Positions 36,045-50,585 of a stretch of DNA of 64,000 nucleotides are shown piece by piece. The notes beneath the pieces are model-generated. The model was not told the DNA's origin, made no database searches, and was given only the letters and a program-made list of their open reading frames with translations. The DNA comes from an uncultured Candidatus Rokubacteria bacterium (GTDB lineage Bacteria > Methylomirabilota > Methylomirabilia > Rokubacteriales > DASRDR01): contig CAVVOZ010000025.1 in NCBI GenBank assembly GCA_963749975.1, positions 1-64,000 of the forward strand, in the 5' to 3' direction. A program made the translations under genes and the position numbers. The first letter of the stretch is position 1. Every line of letters begins with the position of its first letter.

Positions 36045-37757
36045 GTGCTCAGAGAGCTCAGGGTCCGTAACCTCGCAGTCATCGAGTCGCTGACGGTCCC
36101 TTTCGGCCCGGGCCTGAACGTCCTCACGGGCGAGACGGGCGCGGGGAAGTCGATCCTCATCGACGCGCTGACCCTGCTTCTCGGCGAGCGCGCTCAGCCG
36201 GCCGAGACGATCCGCGCCGGGGCCGAGAGCGCCACCATCGAGGCGGTGTTCGACGCGCCCCGGAAGAGCCCGGTGGCCACGCTGCTCCAGGAGCACGGCA
36301 TCACGCTGGAGGACGGCCAGCTCGTGGTGCGCCGGGAGCTCGTGCGCGGGGGCCGCGGGCGGGTGTTCCTGAACGACGCCAACACCACCCTGGCCCTCCT
36401 GGAGAGACTCGGCGAGACCCTGGTCGAGGTCCACGGCCAGCACGAGCACCAGGCGCTGCTCCGGCCTGCCCGCCACCTCGACCTGCTGGACGCCTTCGCG
36501 GGGCTCGGGATCCTCCGCGACCGCCTGCGCCAGCGTCACGAGGAATGGCGCAGCGCCTCGGCCGAGCTCGACGCCCTCCGCGTGTCGGCTCGCGACCAGG
36601 TGGCCCGGACCACCCAGTACCGGGAGACGATGGCGGAGATCGACGCCGCGCGGCTCCGGCCGACCGAGGAGGAGGAGCTTCGCGAGGAGCGCCGGCGGCT
36701 CGTGAACGCCGAGCGTCTGGCCGAGGGCGCCACCGGCGCCTACCGGGAGCTCTACGACGATCCCGCCTCGGCCGTCGAGCGGGCGGGGCGCGCGGCGAGC
36801 TTGCTCCGTGACCTCGCGCGGATCGACCCGGGGATCCAGCCGACCATTCAGGCGCTCGACACCGCCCTGGTTCACCTGGACGAGACCGCGCGGGCCCTCC
36901 GGAGCTACCGCGATGGCGTCGTCTTCGACCCGCCGCGGCTCGAAGCGATCGAGCGGCGGATGGACGAGATCGGGCGCCTCAAGCGGAAGTACGGGGAGAG
37001 CGTGGAGGCGGTCCTGACTCTCCGGGCGCGGCTCGAGACCGACTTGGAGGGGCTCGCGCGCGCCGGCGAGGACGAAGGCAAGCTGGTGGAGCGCGTGGAG
37101 CGGCTCCGCACCGAGCTGGTCACGCGCGCCACGGACCTCGCCGAGCGGCGCGATCAGGCCGTGGGCCGGCTCGAGACCTCCGTGCTGGCGGAGCTCGCCG
37201 CGCTCGATCTCGAGGGCGCGGTGTTCCGGGTGCGGCTGGTCCGGGAGCGGGCTGGCCAGGGGGAGCTCGGGGTCGGTCCCGAGGCGTGGCGGCTCGGTCC
37301 CAAGGGCGTCGACCAGGCCGAGTTCCTCTTCTCGGGCAACGCGGGGGAGGATGCCCGGCCGCTCGCCCGCATCGCCTCGGGCGGGGAGCTCTCGCGCACG
37401 ATGCTCGCCCTCAAGGTCGTGCTCGCGGCGACCGACGCGGTGCCGGTGCTGATCTTCGACGAGGTGGACGTCGGCATCGGGGGCAAGACGGCCGACACCG
37501 TCGGCAAGAAGCTCCGCCAGGTCTCGCGGACGCGGCAGGTCCTCTGCGTCACGCACCTGCCGCAGATCGCGGCCTACGCCGACCAGCACTTCCGCGTCGA
37601 GAAGCGCGAGGACGACGGGCGCACGGCGACGACGGTCGCCGCCCTCGTCAAGAACGACCGGGTGCGGGAGGTCGCGCGCATGCTCGGAGGGGAGTCCGTC
37701 ACCGACACGAGCCTCCAGCACGCGCTCGAGCTGATCACCCAGGCTCGGGGGAGGTGA
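36045..37757 (+). CDS. recN: DNA repair protein RecN
   Basis: The N-terminal Walker A is LNVLTGETGAGKSILIDAL. A coiled-coil region follows. The C-terminus has LSGGELSRTMLALKVVLAA…LIFDEVDVGIGG. Confidence 0.9.
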   Translation: MLRELRVRNLAVIESLTVPFGPGLNVLTGETGAGKSILIDALTLLLGERAQPAETIRAGAESATIEAVFDAPRKSPVATLLQEHGITLEDGQLVVRRELVRGGRGRVFLNDANTTLALLERLGETLVEVHGQHEHQALLRPARHLDLLDAFAGLGILRDRLRQRHEEWRSASAELDALRVSARDQVARTTQYRETMAEIDAARLRPTEEEELREERRRLVNAERLAEGATGAYRELYDDPASAVERAGRAASLLRDLARIDPGIQPTIQALDTALVHLDETARALRSYRDGVVFDPPRLEAIERRMDEIGRLKRKYGESVEAVLTLRARLETDLEGLARAGEDEGKLVERVERLRTELVTRATDLAERRDQAVGRLETSVLAELAALDLEGAVFRVRLVRERAGQGELGVGPEAWRLGPKGVDQAEFLFSGNAGEDARPLARIASGGELSRTMLALKVVLAATDAVPVLIFDEVDVGIGGKTADTVGKKLRQVSRTRQVLCVTHLPQIAAYADQHFRVEKREDDGRTATTVAALVKNDRVREVARMLGGESVTDTSLQHALELITQARGR

Positions 37758-37820
37758 GGGCCGCCCGGCCCCGGCTCCCCGCCGGCCCGGCTTGATCCGG
37801 GGGAGTACAATGAGCCCGTC

Positions 37821-40607
<2,787 letters not shown>

Positions 40608-40761
40608 GGGTTCCCCTCTCCACCGCCTGAGCCTCGGCCGGGCGGCTGCCCGGGCCGGATTCGCCGCATCAACATGTAGGTGTCGGGACCGCGAAAGCGC
40701 CCACCCCTGGTATTTTTTCCTTGGACGGGCCCCGGGGCCGTGCTATCAGTCTTTGACAGTC

Positions 40762-43700
40762 ATGCGGCTCCAGGGAGTGACGCTGTTCGGCTTCAAGTCC
40801 TTCGCGGATCGCACCGAGGTGCGCATCCTTCCCGGGATCACCGCCATCGTCGGCCCCAACGGCTGCGGCAAATCGAACATCTCGGACGCGCTCCGGTGGG
40901 CGCTCGGCGAGCAGAGCCCCAAGGCCCTCCGCGGCCACCGGATGGAGGACGTGATCTTCCACGGGTCGGCCTCGCGGCGGCCGCTCGGGCTGTCCGAGGT
41001 CCTGCTCACGTTCTCCAACGACGGCGAGCTGAGCGTGCCGTGGAGCGAGGTGGGGGTCGGACGGCGCCTCTACCGGGACGGCGAGTCCGAGTACCTCCTC
41101 AACAAGACGGTCTGCCGGCTGAAGGACATCCACGATCTCTTCCTGGGCACGGGCGTGAACCCGAAGGCCTACGCGCTGATGGAGCAGGAGCGTCTGGCCC
41201 ACATCCTCACCGCGAAGCCGCTCGACCGGCGGGTCTTCGTGGAGGAGGCGGCGGGCATCACCCGGTACAAGCTCCAGCGGGCCGAGACGCTCGGCAAGCT
41301 GGAGGCGACGCGCCAGAATCTCCTCCGCGTGCGGGACGTGATGGACGAGGTCAAGCGGCAGCTCGGCTCCCTCGAGCGCCAGGCGAAGAAGGCGCAGCAG
41401 CACAAGGCGCTCCAGGCCGAGCGGCGGACGATCGAGGTCGCCCTCCTGGCGGCCGAGCATGCCACGCTGACCGGGGAGGAGGAGCGCCTCGGCGGGGAAG
41501 AGGCGGCCGAGCGAGCTGCGGGTCGAGGTGGGCCAGACTCGCGTGGCCGCGCTGGGGGCGGCGCTCGAGCTGGCACGCGCCGACGTGATGACGGCCGAGC
41601 AGCGGGCGGCCGAGTCGCGACACACGCTCCAGCGCGCGGAGCTCGAGCTCGAGGGGTGCGTGGGACGGGCCGAGCAGCTCCGCCTGGTCGAGCGCGATCT
41701 GGGTGCCGAGGTCGACCGGCTCGGCGAGGAGGCGGAGGCCCTCTCGCTCAGGCTGAAGGCGCTCGCCGAGGAGCGGCGCGCCAAGGGCACGCTCCTCGAG
41801 GCCATCCGCCGCGACTTCGCGGCCCTCCAGGCGCGGGCGCAGGCCGAAGAGGCGGCGCTCGACGAGCTGCGCGTGCGCCTCCGGGGGGCCCGGGAGGCGG
41901 CGGAGACGCTCCGCCACGATCAGGTGGGTCTCGCGGGACACCGGACCGAGCTCGGGCAGATCCTGGGCGCGCTGGACGAGCGGCAGGAGCACCTTCATCG
42001 CCGGCTGGATCGCCTCAAGGCGGAGCGCGGCGAGGCCGATGCCGAGCGGGCCCGCATCGAGGCCGCCCGGGGAGTCGCCAGCGCCCGCGTGAGCGCCGCC
42101 GCGGCTCGCGTCGCCGCGCTCGAGGTCGAGCTCCGGGATCTGGCGACGGATGCGGGGGCAGCGGCGGCGGAGCGGACTGCGGCCACGGAGGCGGCGGAGA
42201 CGTGCCGGGTGACCCTTGCGTCTCGGCGGTCGAGCCGGGCCGCGCTGGAGGAGCTCGAGGCCCAGCGGGCCGGCTACGCCCGGGGCGTGCAGGCGGTCTT
42301 CGCGGCCGCCGGGGAGGCGCGCCTCCGAGGGGTCGTGGGTACGGTCGCCGACCTCCTCGACGTGCCGCGGGAGCTCGAGCGCGCCGTCGAGGCGGCGCTG
42401 GGCGAGCGGCTCCAGTGGGTGGTGATGGAGACGTTCGAGGCCGCCAAGACGGCCCTCGGCTACCTCGGCCGCTCCGGCGGCGGGCAGGCGACGTTCCTGC
42501 CGCTCGACTGGCTGAACGGCAGTCCGGAGGCCCACGTCGGCACGGACCCGGGCGTGGTGGGGCTGGCGGAGGCGCTGGTCGCGTCGGGCCATCCGCGCCT
42601 GGTCGCCAACCTGCTCGGCTCGGTCGTCGTGGTGCGGGATCTCGGCGCGGCGGAGCGCCTGTACGCCCAGAACGGTCACGGCACGAGCTTCGTGACCGTC
42701 GGCGGCGAGCTGCTGAGCCCTCCCGGCGCCCTCGGCGGCGGGCGGGCCGCGGGCGGCGGCGACGCCTCGCTCCTCGCCCGGAAGCGCGCGATCCGCGACC
42801 TCGGCGCGGAGATCCTGCGCCTGGAGCTCGAGGTGGAGGAGGCCCAGGAGCGCGGGCGCCGGGCGGAGGCGCGCGTCGCCGCGCTCGACGACACCCAGCG
42901 CGCGCGCGCCACCGCGCGGGAGGCCGCCGAGGCCGAGCGGCTGACGGCGTCGAAGGATCTCGAGCAGGTCGTGCGCGAGGCCGAGCGGGTCGGCCTGGCG
43001 GCGGAGGCGCTCCGCACGGAGGTCGCCCAGCTCCGCGCGGACGCCGCCGGCGTCGAGACCGAGGCGCGGACCCAGCGCCAGGGGCTCGCCGAGGTCGAGG
43101 CGAGGGCGGCGCGCGTGGCGTCCGAGATCGCGGAGCTCCTGGGACGCATCGAGATCGACTCGCAGGACGAGGCTCGGCGCTCGCAGGCGTTCCTGGACGC
43201 CCAGGTGGAGCTGGCGGCCCTGGCGGGGCGCATCGACACGATCGAGTCCGACCTCGTGCGGAACCAGGCCGACGAGGGCGAGGCAGAGGAGCGGATCCAG
43301 GCTGGGCGAGGAGCGCCTCGCGACGCTCCGGGGCCGCCTGGAGGAGGGCTCGGCGGAGCGCCGCCGGCTCGACGCCCGCGCCGAGGCGGTCCGGGCCGAG
43401 CGGGACCAGATCGAGGCCGTCGCTCGGGTCACCGCCGAGACCGTGCGGGAGCGCACGGAAGCGGTCACGCGTGCCGCCGACGACCTCCGCGGCAGCGAGG
43501 CCGAGCTCCACCGGGCGACGCGGGCGGTCCAGGAGCACGCCATCCGGCTGGCCGAGCTCCGGGTGAGGCGCCAGGATCTGGAGGCCGACGTGCGGCGCCG
43601 CTTCGAGGTGGAGCCGGACGGGCTACGGCTGGCCCACGATCCGGAGCGCGACCTCGAAGAGGCGCGGGCGCGGCTCGAGGCGGTCGCCCAGCGGATCACC

Positions 43701-44306
43701 GCCCTCGAGCCGGTCAACCTCATCGCGGACGAGGAGTACCGGGAGCTCGACGAGCGTCTCGCGTTTCTCCGGACGCAGCACGACGACCTGTCCTCGTCGA
43801 TGCGCGACCTGGAGAAGGCGCTTCGCGGGATGACGCGGACCGCGCAGGAGCGGTTCCTCGAGGCGTTCGAGGCCATCAACCGGAACTTCCAGGACCTCTT
43901 CACGCGGCTCTTCGAGGGCGGGCGTGCGGAGCTGCGCCTGGTCGAGGCGCCGGAGGGAGGCGACCCGCTCGAGACCGGCATCGAGATGGTCGCTCAGCCA
44001 CGGGGGAAGCGGCTCCAGGCGATCTCGCTCCTGTCCGGAGGCGAGAAGGCGCTGACCGGCCTCGCGCTGCTCTTCGCGATCTTCTACTACCGGCCGAGTC
44101 CCTTCTGTCTCCTCGACGAGGTGGACGCGCCGCTCGACGACGCGAACATCCACCGGTTCACGCGGGTCCTCCGGGAGCTGTCGAGCCAGACCCAGTTCAT
44201 CGTGATCACCCACAACCGGAAGACCATGGAGGCGGCCGACGTGCTGTACGGCGTCACCATGGAGGAGCCGGGTCTCTCCCGGATCGTCTCCGTCAACCTC
44301 GCCTGA
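40762..44306 (+). CDS. smc: chromosome segregation protein SMC (needs about 2 frame corrections, near 41500 and 43300)
   Basis: The N-terminus reads FKSFADRTEV…IVGPNGCGKSNISDALRWALGEQ. Long coiled coils and a hinge (…GVVGTVADLLDVPRELERAVEAALGERLQWVVMET…) follow. The C-terminus has LSGGEKALTGLALLFAI…LDEVDAPLDDANI. Confidence 0.85.
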
Positions 44307-44357
44307 CCCGACGGCGGGCCGGTGCCGGCCGGCCGTGTCCGTCGTGGCCGCTCAGGG

Positions 44358-47300
44358 TTAGGGCACGACGATCGTCAGGTTCTTCGTCGCCACGCCCTGG
44401 CCGGAAAACCAGGTGACGAGCTCGTGGACCATGTCCCACTGGAGGGTGTAGGTGCCGGCTGAGGGGGGCGCCTGGACGGAGGCCTGCAGGGTAAGGCTGC
44501 CGCCCGGGCCCACCGCCGCGGGGAGGATCGTGCGGAGCCCGGCCCAGGTGACGAGGGTGGAGCCCTTGTACCAGTGATAGGCCAGGCGGAAGGCGCTGTT
44601 GGCGTCCCAGGTGAGGGAGCCGGTGTTGGTGACGGTGACGGGGACGGTGATCATGGTGCCGGCGCCGATGGCGAAGGTGGAGGCCTGGTAGGTCGCGCCG
44701 TAGGGGCGAGTCGGAGCGGCGCCGACGTTGATGGAGACGGCCGCCGGGGTCACGCCCTGGCTGGAAAACCAGGTGACGAGCTCGTGGACCATGTCCCACT
44801 GGAGGGTGTAGGTGCCGGCTGAGGGGGGCGCCTGGACGGAGGCCTGCAGGGTAAGGCTGCCGCCCGGGCCCACCGCCGCGGGGAGGATCGTGCGGAGCCC
44901 GGCCCAGGTGACGAGGGTGGAGCCCTTGTACCAGTGATAGGCCAGGCGGAAGGCGCTGTTGGCGTCCCAGGTGAGGGAGCCGGTGTTGGTGACGGTGACG
45001 GGGACGGTGATCATGGTGCCGGCGCCGATGGCGAAGGTGGAGGCCTGGTAGGTCGCGCCGTAGGGGCGAGTCGGAGCGGCGCCGACGTTGATGGAGACGG
45101 CCGCCGGGGTCACGCCCTGGCTGGAAAACCAGGTGACGAGCTCGTGGACCATGTCCCACTGGAGGGTGTAGGTGCCGGCTGAGGGGGGCGCCTGGACGGA
45201 GGCCTGCAGGGTAAGGCTGCCGCCCGGGCCCACCGCCGCGGGGAGGATCGTGCGGAGCCCGGCCCAGGTGACGAGGGTGGAGCCCTTGTACCAGTGATAG
45301 GCCAGGCGGAAGGCGCTGTTGGCGTCCCAGGTGAGGGAGCCGGTGTTGGTGACGGTGACGGGGACGGTGATCATGGTGCCGGCGCCGATGGCGAAGGTGG
45401 AGGCCGGTAGGTCGCGCCGTAAGGCGCGCGAACCAGGCGATACACCGCGCCGCTCAGATCCGCCACGTAGAGCTCGCCTGTTGCGTCCTCGCCGAACGTG
45501 CTGATGCTGAGGCTGGTCGACAGCAGGTCGGCCCGACTCCAGGTCCCGGCGGGCGACTGCACGCCGATCCAGATCTTCTCGCTGCAGTAGTCGCCGAACA
45601 CGTACGCGCCGTAGAGCGCCGGGAGGGCCGTGCCGCGGTAGCGATATCCGCCCGTGATCGAGCAGCCCTCGGCGTGCGAGTAGTCCAGGATGGGAAGGAC
45701 GAGGCTGCCGGTCTGGCAGCCCGACGTCGGCTGGTAACAAGCCGTTCCTTCCATGCGGGGCCAGCCGTAGTTCTCGCCGCCGGGGCTGCCGGCGGGCTGC
45801 AGGTTCACCTCCTCGCGGCTGCTTTGGCCCACGTCCGCGACGAAGAGATCGCCCGTCATCCGGTCGAAGCCGATGCGCCAGGGGTTGCGGAGACCGAAGG
45901 CCCAGATCTCGGGCCGTGCGCCGGGGGTATCGACGAACGGGTTGTCCGGCGGGATCTGGTAGTACGGCGCCACGTCATCCAGGACGTCGACGTCGAGCCG
46001 AAGGATCTTGCCGAGGAGCGTCCCGAGGCTCTGGCCGCTGCCGAGCGGGTCGCCGCCGCCCCCGCCGTCGCCGACCGCGGCGTACAGGTACCCGTCCGGC
46101 CCGAACACCAGACCGCCTCCGTTGTGGTTCCCGTACGTCGAGTGCGGGATCGTCAGGAGGATGCGCGCCGAGCTGTGGTTGCTGGTGTTCGCGCCGGGGG
46201 TCGGCGCCTGGTAGCGCGCGAGCACGACGTCGCCGTCACCGGCCCGCGTGTAGTACACGAAGAAGTATCCGTTGGTCGCGTAGTCCGGGTGGAAGGCGAG
46301 GCCGAGGAGCCCACGCTCGCCGCAGCAGTTGATCAGGCCGCGGATGTCCAGGAACGTGTCCAGGAACGTGGCGGAGCCCGCCTCCGTGAGCTGGTACGCG
46401 AGGATCCGGCCGTCGGCCTCGACGACGAAGAGCCGCTCGTCCCCCGCGTTGACGATGCCGACCGGCCGCGTCAGGCCCGAGATGACCTGCTTGAGGGCCA
46501 CGCGCCGCGCGCTCTCGAGCGGGGCGGTGTCGCTGGACCACTCGGGCCCGGCAGGGGCGCCGCCGTACCGGCGGACTCCGTGGCTGCCGCCGCCGGATGA
46601 ATCGGTGACGGCGTCACCGGTTCCCTCGTCGAGGTGGTAGAGGGCGGCGGTGCTGCCATCCGAGGAGAAGAGGCTGAACGGTCGCGTGAACGCCGTTCCC
46701 GTGTACCGCTGGATGGTGGAGAGCCGGACCTCGTCGATCCACCCGTGATAGGAAGGGTAGGCCGCCCCGGCGTCGTGCTTCTCGGCGCCGATCACGAGAT
46801 AGGGGTCGGATAGGGGATGCGTGGTCGCCCGGTTGTCCTGGTAGCTGACGTCCCGGTTGGAACCGACATTGCCGGAGCCCTCGGCGTCGAGCACCCCGTC
46901 GACGTAGATGCGGAGCCGCCCGTCCGACCGGCGGCGCGTGACGGCCACGTGATGCCACACGTCGTCGGTCACGCTCGTCGTCCCGCAGATCGTGTTCCCG
47001 CTGCTCCCGACGCTCACGCCGAAGGCAATCCGGCCTCCGGTGAGCGACACCCCGAAGTCGCCGTGCTCACCGCTCCCGTAGACATCGCGATCGAAGAGGA
47101 TGTTGCCCGTGACCCAGCCGTCGTTGGCGTCGCAGGTGACGTCGTCGGACGCGTTCTCGCCGGGGACGGCCCGCATCCACCACTCCAGGGTGAAGTCGGT
47201 GGCCCCGACGTCGGCGGGCCGGGCCGGGCTGTCGATCTTGACCTTGACGCGGTCGATGTCGCCCGCACCGTTGCCGAAGACCCGGAGGGATGTGGTGGAC

Positions 47301-47422
47301 GCGCGCTCGGGGAGCAGGAGGACGAGCAAGCCGATCAAGAGGAAGAGGACCGCCGCCCGTCGGGAAGCGTGGCGCGGGTTCCGGCTGCCGATGCGGGGTG
47401 GAGGCGTCGTTCCGGGGCTCAT
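44358..47422 (-). CDS. large secreted multidomain protein: signal peptide, LamG-like jelly roll, PQQ-dependent sugar dehydrogenase (SGDH)-like beta-propeller, and 3 tandem Ig-like (CARDB/NBR1-FW-like) domains. One 1-nt frame break at about 45410.
   Basis: The LamG region reads …DFTLEWWMRA…RIAFGVSVG…GRLRIYVDGVL…. The propeller reads GLLGLAFHPDYATNGYFFVYYT…HNGGGLVFGPDGYLYAAVGDGGGGGDP…GLRNPWRIGFD…. The C-terminus has three identical 120-aa repeats (…TVTNTGSLTWDANSAFRLAYHWYKGST…GTYTLQWDMV…). Confidence 0.75.
44399..45425 (-). repeat. 360-bp tandem repeat, about 2.85 copies, essentially 100% identical (one 1-nt deletion in the last copy)
   Basis: Blocks 44399-44750, 44751-45110 and 45111-45425 are identical in sequence; for example 'taggggcgagtcggagcggcgccgacgttgatggagacggccgccggggtcacgccctgg' recurs at +360. 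Confidence 0.85.
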
Positions 47423-48044
47423 TCTTTGCCAAGACGCCGCACAACCTTGGCAGGGGCTGCCACAGTCGGGCCGCATGCGGCCGACGCCCGAGCCCGGGCC
47501 TGGGTGGCGAAACGGCAAGAATGGTCGACGGTTCTGGCCGGCCTGGGCCACCGGTTCGGTCGACGGACCCCGCGCCCAGGCAGGCTGATGTCCATGGCGG
47601 CGGAATCCAATGCAGCGCTCATGCCAAGGGCCCCGCCCCGGCGGAGCTACGCTCGGCGAGGAGAGGCCAAATGGCTCCATCCGGGACGACGCCGTGAGGC
47701 CAGAAGCTGGGGAACTCCTCAGTTGCCAGGACTACGAGCCCGCGCTAAGTACACCGAATCATGAATTCGTTCCGGGTTTCGGCGCCGGCGCAGAGCCCGG
47801 GGCCCGCGAGCGATCAGGCCGGCCGCGTCGGTGAGTCGGGCTCGATGGGTCCCTGCGGTCCTTCGCCGGCGTCGAGCCACTCGAATATCGCGACTTCGAC
47901 GGAGCCTGGGGCTGCTGCGGACACCGCACGAGATCGCGACGTCGATGCGAGATTCGGGAAGGTGCTGCCGCACGACGTTGGCCCCGCCGGAGGGGGATGA
48001 CCTGGCCCTCATGGCCCACGGGATATGTCGTGGGTGGACGGGTA

Positions 48045-49100
48045 CTAGTCGTGATAGCGCGGATCGTTGTCCAGGCCATTGATCCGGACTAGCTCGCAGA
48101 GCGTAGACCGGATCGCCGCCTTGTCGTCCTCGGTGAGCACCCCGAACTCGAGCGAGACTGGCTCGCCCCTCGGCTCGGGCAGTTCGCTCGCGAAGAAGTC
48201 CAGGTAGGGGCGGAACCCAAGGTGTCCGGCCACCTCGAGCGCGGTCTGGTGAGCGCGTGTCGCGAGCTCGTGACTGATGACCGGGTAGCGCTCGCGATCC
48301 TCTGCGAAGCGGAGGTGCCTACCTTGCACCGCGGCCCAAAGGTGGTAGCGCCGGACGTCGAAACCAAGCTCCTGGGACAGCCGGCGGTGGTGAACGAGCG
48401 CTACCTGGCCCTTCAGGGAAAATGTCTCGTTGACGACGGGCGGCACCCTGGGACCCGCATATCGTCCAGCCGTGAGCCCGAGCGCATCGAGCATGGCCTC
48501 GAAGAAGTGCTGGGCTCGCTCGAACTTGACTAGGTGCACGGACTCGGGACCAAGCGTGTCCTGAACGAGCTGCAGGGTCTCGAACCACTCCGGCACGCGT
48601 TCCGTCGTGTAGCGCACGTATTCCGTCGGAGTCAACGTCAAGTCCGTCGACCGGATCTCCTGGCAGTAGACGGATTCGCAGTATTCATCGACGCGTCGCA
48701 AGGCGAAGACGAAACGCGTTCGGCGCCGGCGCTTCATCTCGCCGAGGAATTTCAGCAAGGTTCGCCGCTGCACTCCGAAGCCGTAGATGGCGGCCTCGGA
48801 TGAGACGATGACCTCGGCCCTCTCGGTCTCCAGGAATCGTAGGAACTCCGCCTCCAGGAAGCGCCGCTGCCGGCCGGACAGGACGTCGCGCACTAACGCG
48901 TGGTGGGCCAGGGCCTCGCTGTCTCTCCAGCGGTCCGGATAGACAAAGCCGGCGTCACGCAATACGGAGGGGTTCGCGGCGAGCAGCGTTTGCAGGGCCG
49001 TGGTCGCGGTCCGCGGCATACCGGCGTGAAGGTAGACCGTTTTGCCTCGGCTGGCTCGGAACCGCAGTATCCCGACGCCGAGGGCGGTCACGCGAGCCAT
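48045..49100 (-). CDS. sulfotransferase-family protein
   Basis: A 5'-PSB-like P-loop (VYLHAGMPRTATTALQ) sits near the N-terminus of a ~350-aa cytoplasmic protein. Confidence 0.65.
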   Translation of the reverse strand: MARVTALGVGILRFRASRGKTVYLHAGMPRTATTALQTLLAANPSVLRDAGFVYPDRWRDSEALAHHALVRDVLSGRQRRFLEAEFLRFLETERAEVIVSSEAAIYGFGVQRRTLLKFLGEMKRRRRTRFVFALRRVDEYCESVYCQEIRSTDLTLTPTEYVRYTTERVPEWFETLQLVQDTLGPESVHLVKFERAQHFFEAMLDALGLTAGRYAGPRVPPVVNETFSLKGQVALVHHRRLSQELGFDVRRYHLWAAVQGRHLRFAEDRERYPVISHELATRAHQTALEVAGHLGFRPYLDFFASELPEPRGEPVSLEFGVLTEDDKAAIRSTLCELVRINGLDNDPRYHD

Positions 49101-49331
49101 CCCTTATCCGGGTGGCTCACCGGATCGACTCGCCGACCGGCCCAAAATCCCCCCGATGGTTCGCCGTGCTGTGCGGGTGGCGCGCGTGGCGCGCCGACCA
49201 ACCAGGCGCAGGGTGCAGCGTTAGCATCCCAGCTTGCCTGGTCCGGCAGGAGTCCACCGTCTCGCGGTTGTGTGGAATGCGCCCGTGCACTGTTGACCAA
49301 TGTCCCACGGCAGGTCGCTGACCGCCAATTG

Positions 49332-50482
49332 TCATTCGGAGTGTGGTGGCCGGTGACCCCGCGACGGGGGACGCGACCCGTCCGGGCCCGGCTGGGTTCC
49401 GGGGCTCCCGGTCCGCGAGATGTCATCACGAGTCGGGGGGCGAGCCGAGGCGCTGAGGGTCCGGTGCGCGCACAGGAAGAAGCTCGACCCTCGATCGTGA
49501 GCCCGGGGATTCCCCGGGAGCTCGGCCCGGGCCTCCTCCAGGACGCGCCAGCCAAAGTCCTCGAGCCGGGTCCGGAGCCACGCGTGGGTGAAGCGGCACC
49601 CATGCTGCCAGCCCCTGGCCGGCTGCACGAAGTAGCCGGGGTCCTCGGTCTCCAGCGTGACCACGCTCTGGACGACGAGATAGTCGCGGACGATCGGTTT
49701 CACGGCCTGAAGGAGTCGGGCCGGGTCGCTCACGTGATAGAGCCCGCCGGCGCACAGCACGAGATCGTAGGCGCGATTCGACCGGCCGACGAATGACCAC
49801 ACGTCCGCCTGGTGGAAGGTCACATCGCGGAACGCCAGCCGGCGGGTGATGGTCTCGGCGCGCCGGACCTGCTCGGGGTCGAGCTCCACGCCCGTGACCC
49901 TCGCCCGGGGCGACAGCGCCTTGATCCGGCAGCTGTAGTAGCCGTCGGCGCTGAACAGCTCCAGGCAGTCCGGACCGGGGCCGAGGCCCGCGAGGGCGCG
50001 AGCGACGAGCCTCATGAGGTGGTGTTCCTTGACCGGCTGGTTGAGGAGATGCGAGGTGGGAGCACGTCGCAGCACGTCTCGAATCGAGCGGGGCCGCTCC
50101 CGGGGGACCGGGGTGGTGCGCCGGCCTCGGAGGAGCCGCATCAAGGCAGGAGGCGAGTCACCTCGTAGGCCAGACGAACTCGCTCCTCGAGGGTGAAGGG
50201 GACCCCGAGGAAGGCCGTGTCGAAGCCGAGCGAGCTGAAGTCGTGGTACCAGGGTCGCAGCGCGTAGAGCTCGGGGTCGACCTGAGACAAGTGGGTCTCC
50301 CAGTGTCCTCTCGCGAGGACGCGGAACTCGGTCCCCAGCACATATAGTGCGAAACCGCACGCCACACAACCGGCCACCACTGGCGGCGGGACGGGACGCA
50401 GGGAGGCCGTGCGGGGACGCGCTCTCCGGATCGTCCAGTAGACGTGACCGCGGCTCACCGGGTCGAGAGTCAGGTGCCGCAT
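49332..50482 (-). CDS. class I SAM-dependent methyltransferase (CmoB/DUF1698-like N-terminus); frame change near 50140
   Basis: …LRPWYHDFSSLGFDTAFLGVPFTLEERVRLAYEV… in ORF 50141..50545, then …DCLELFSADGYYSCRIK…YDLVLCAGGLYHVSDP…. The C-terminal boundary is uncertain. Confidence 0.5.
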
Positions 50483-50585
50483 CGCCTGGTGCGCCGAGCG
50501 GGCTGTGCTAGACTCGGGCGAGCAGCAATATGGTAGCGGTCTCACGGCGGCCTATCGCCTCGGTGGCCGTGCGCAGGAGCCGGCA

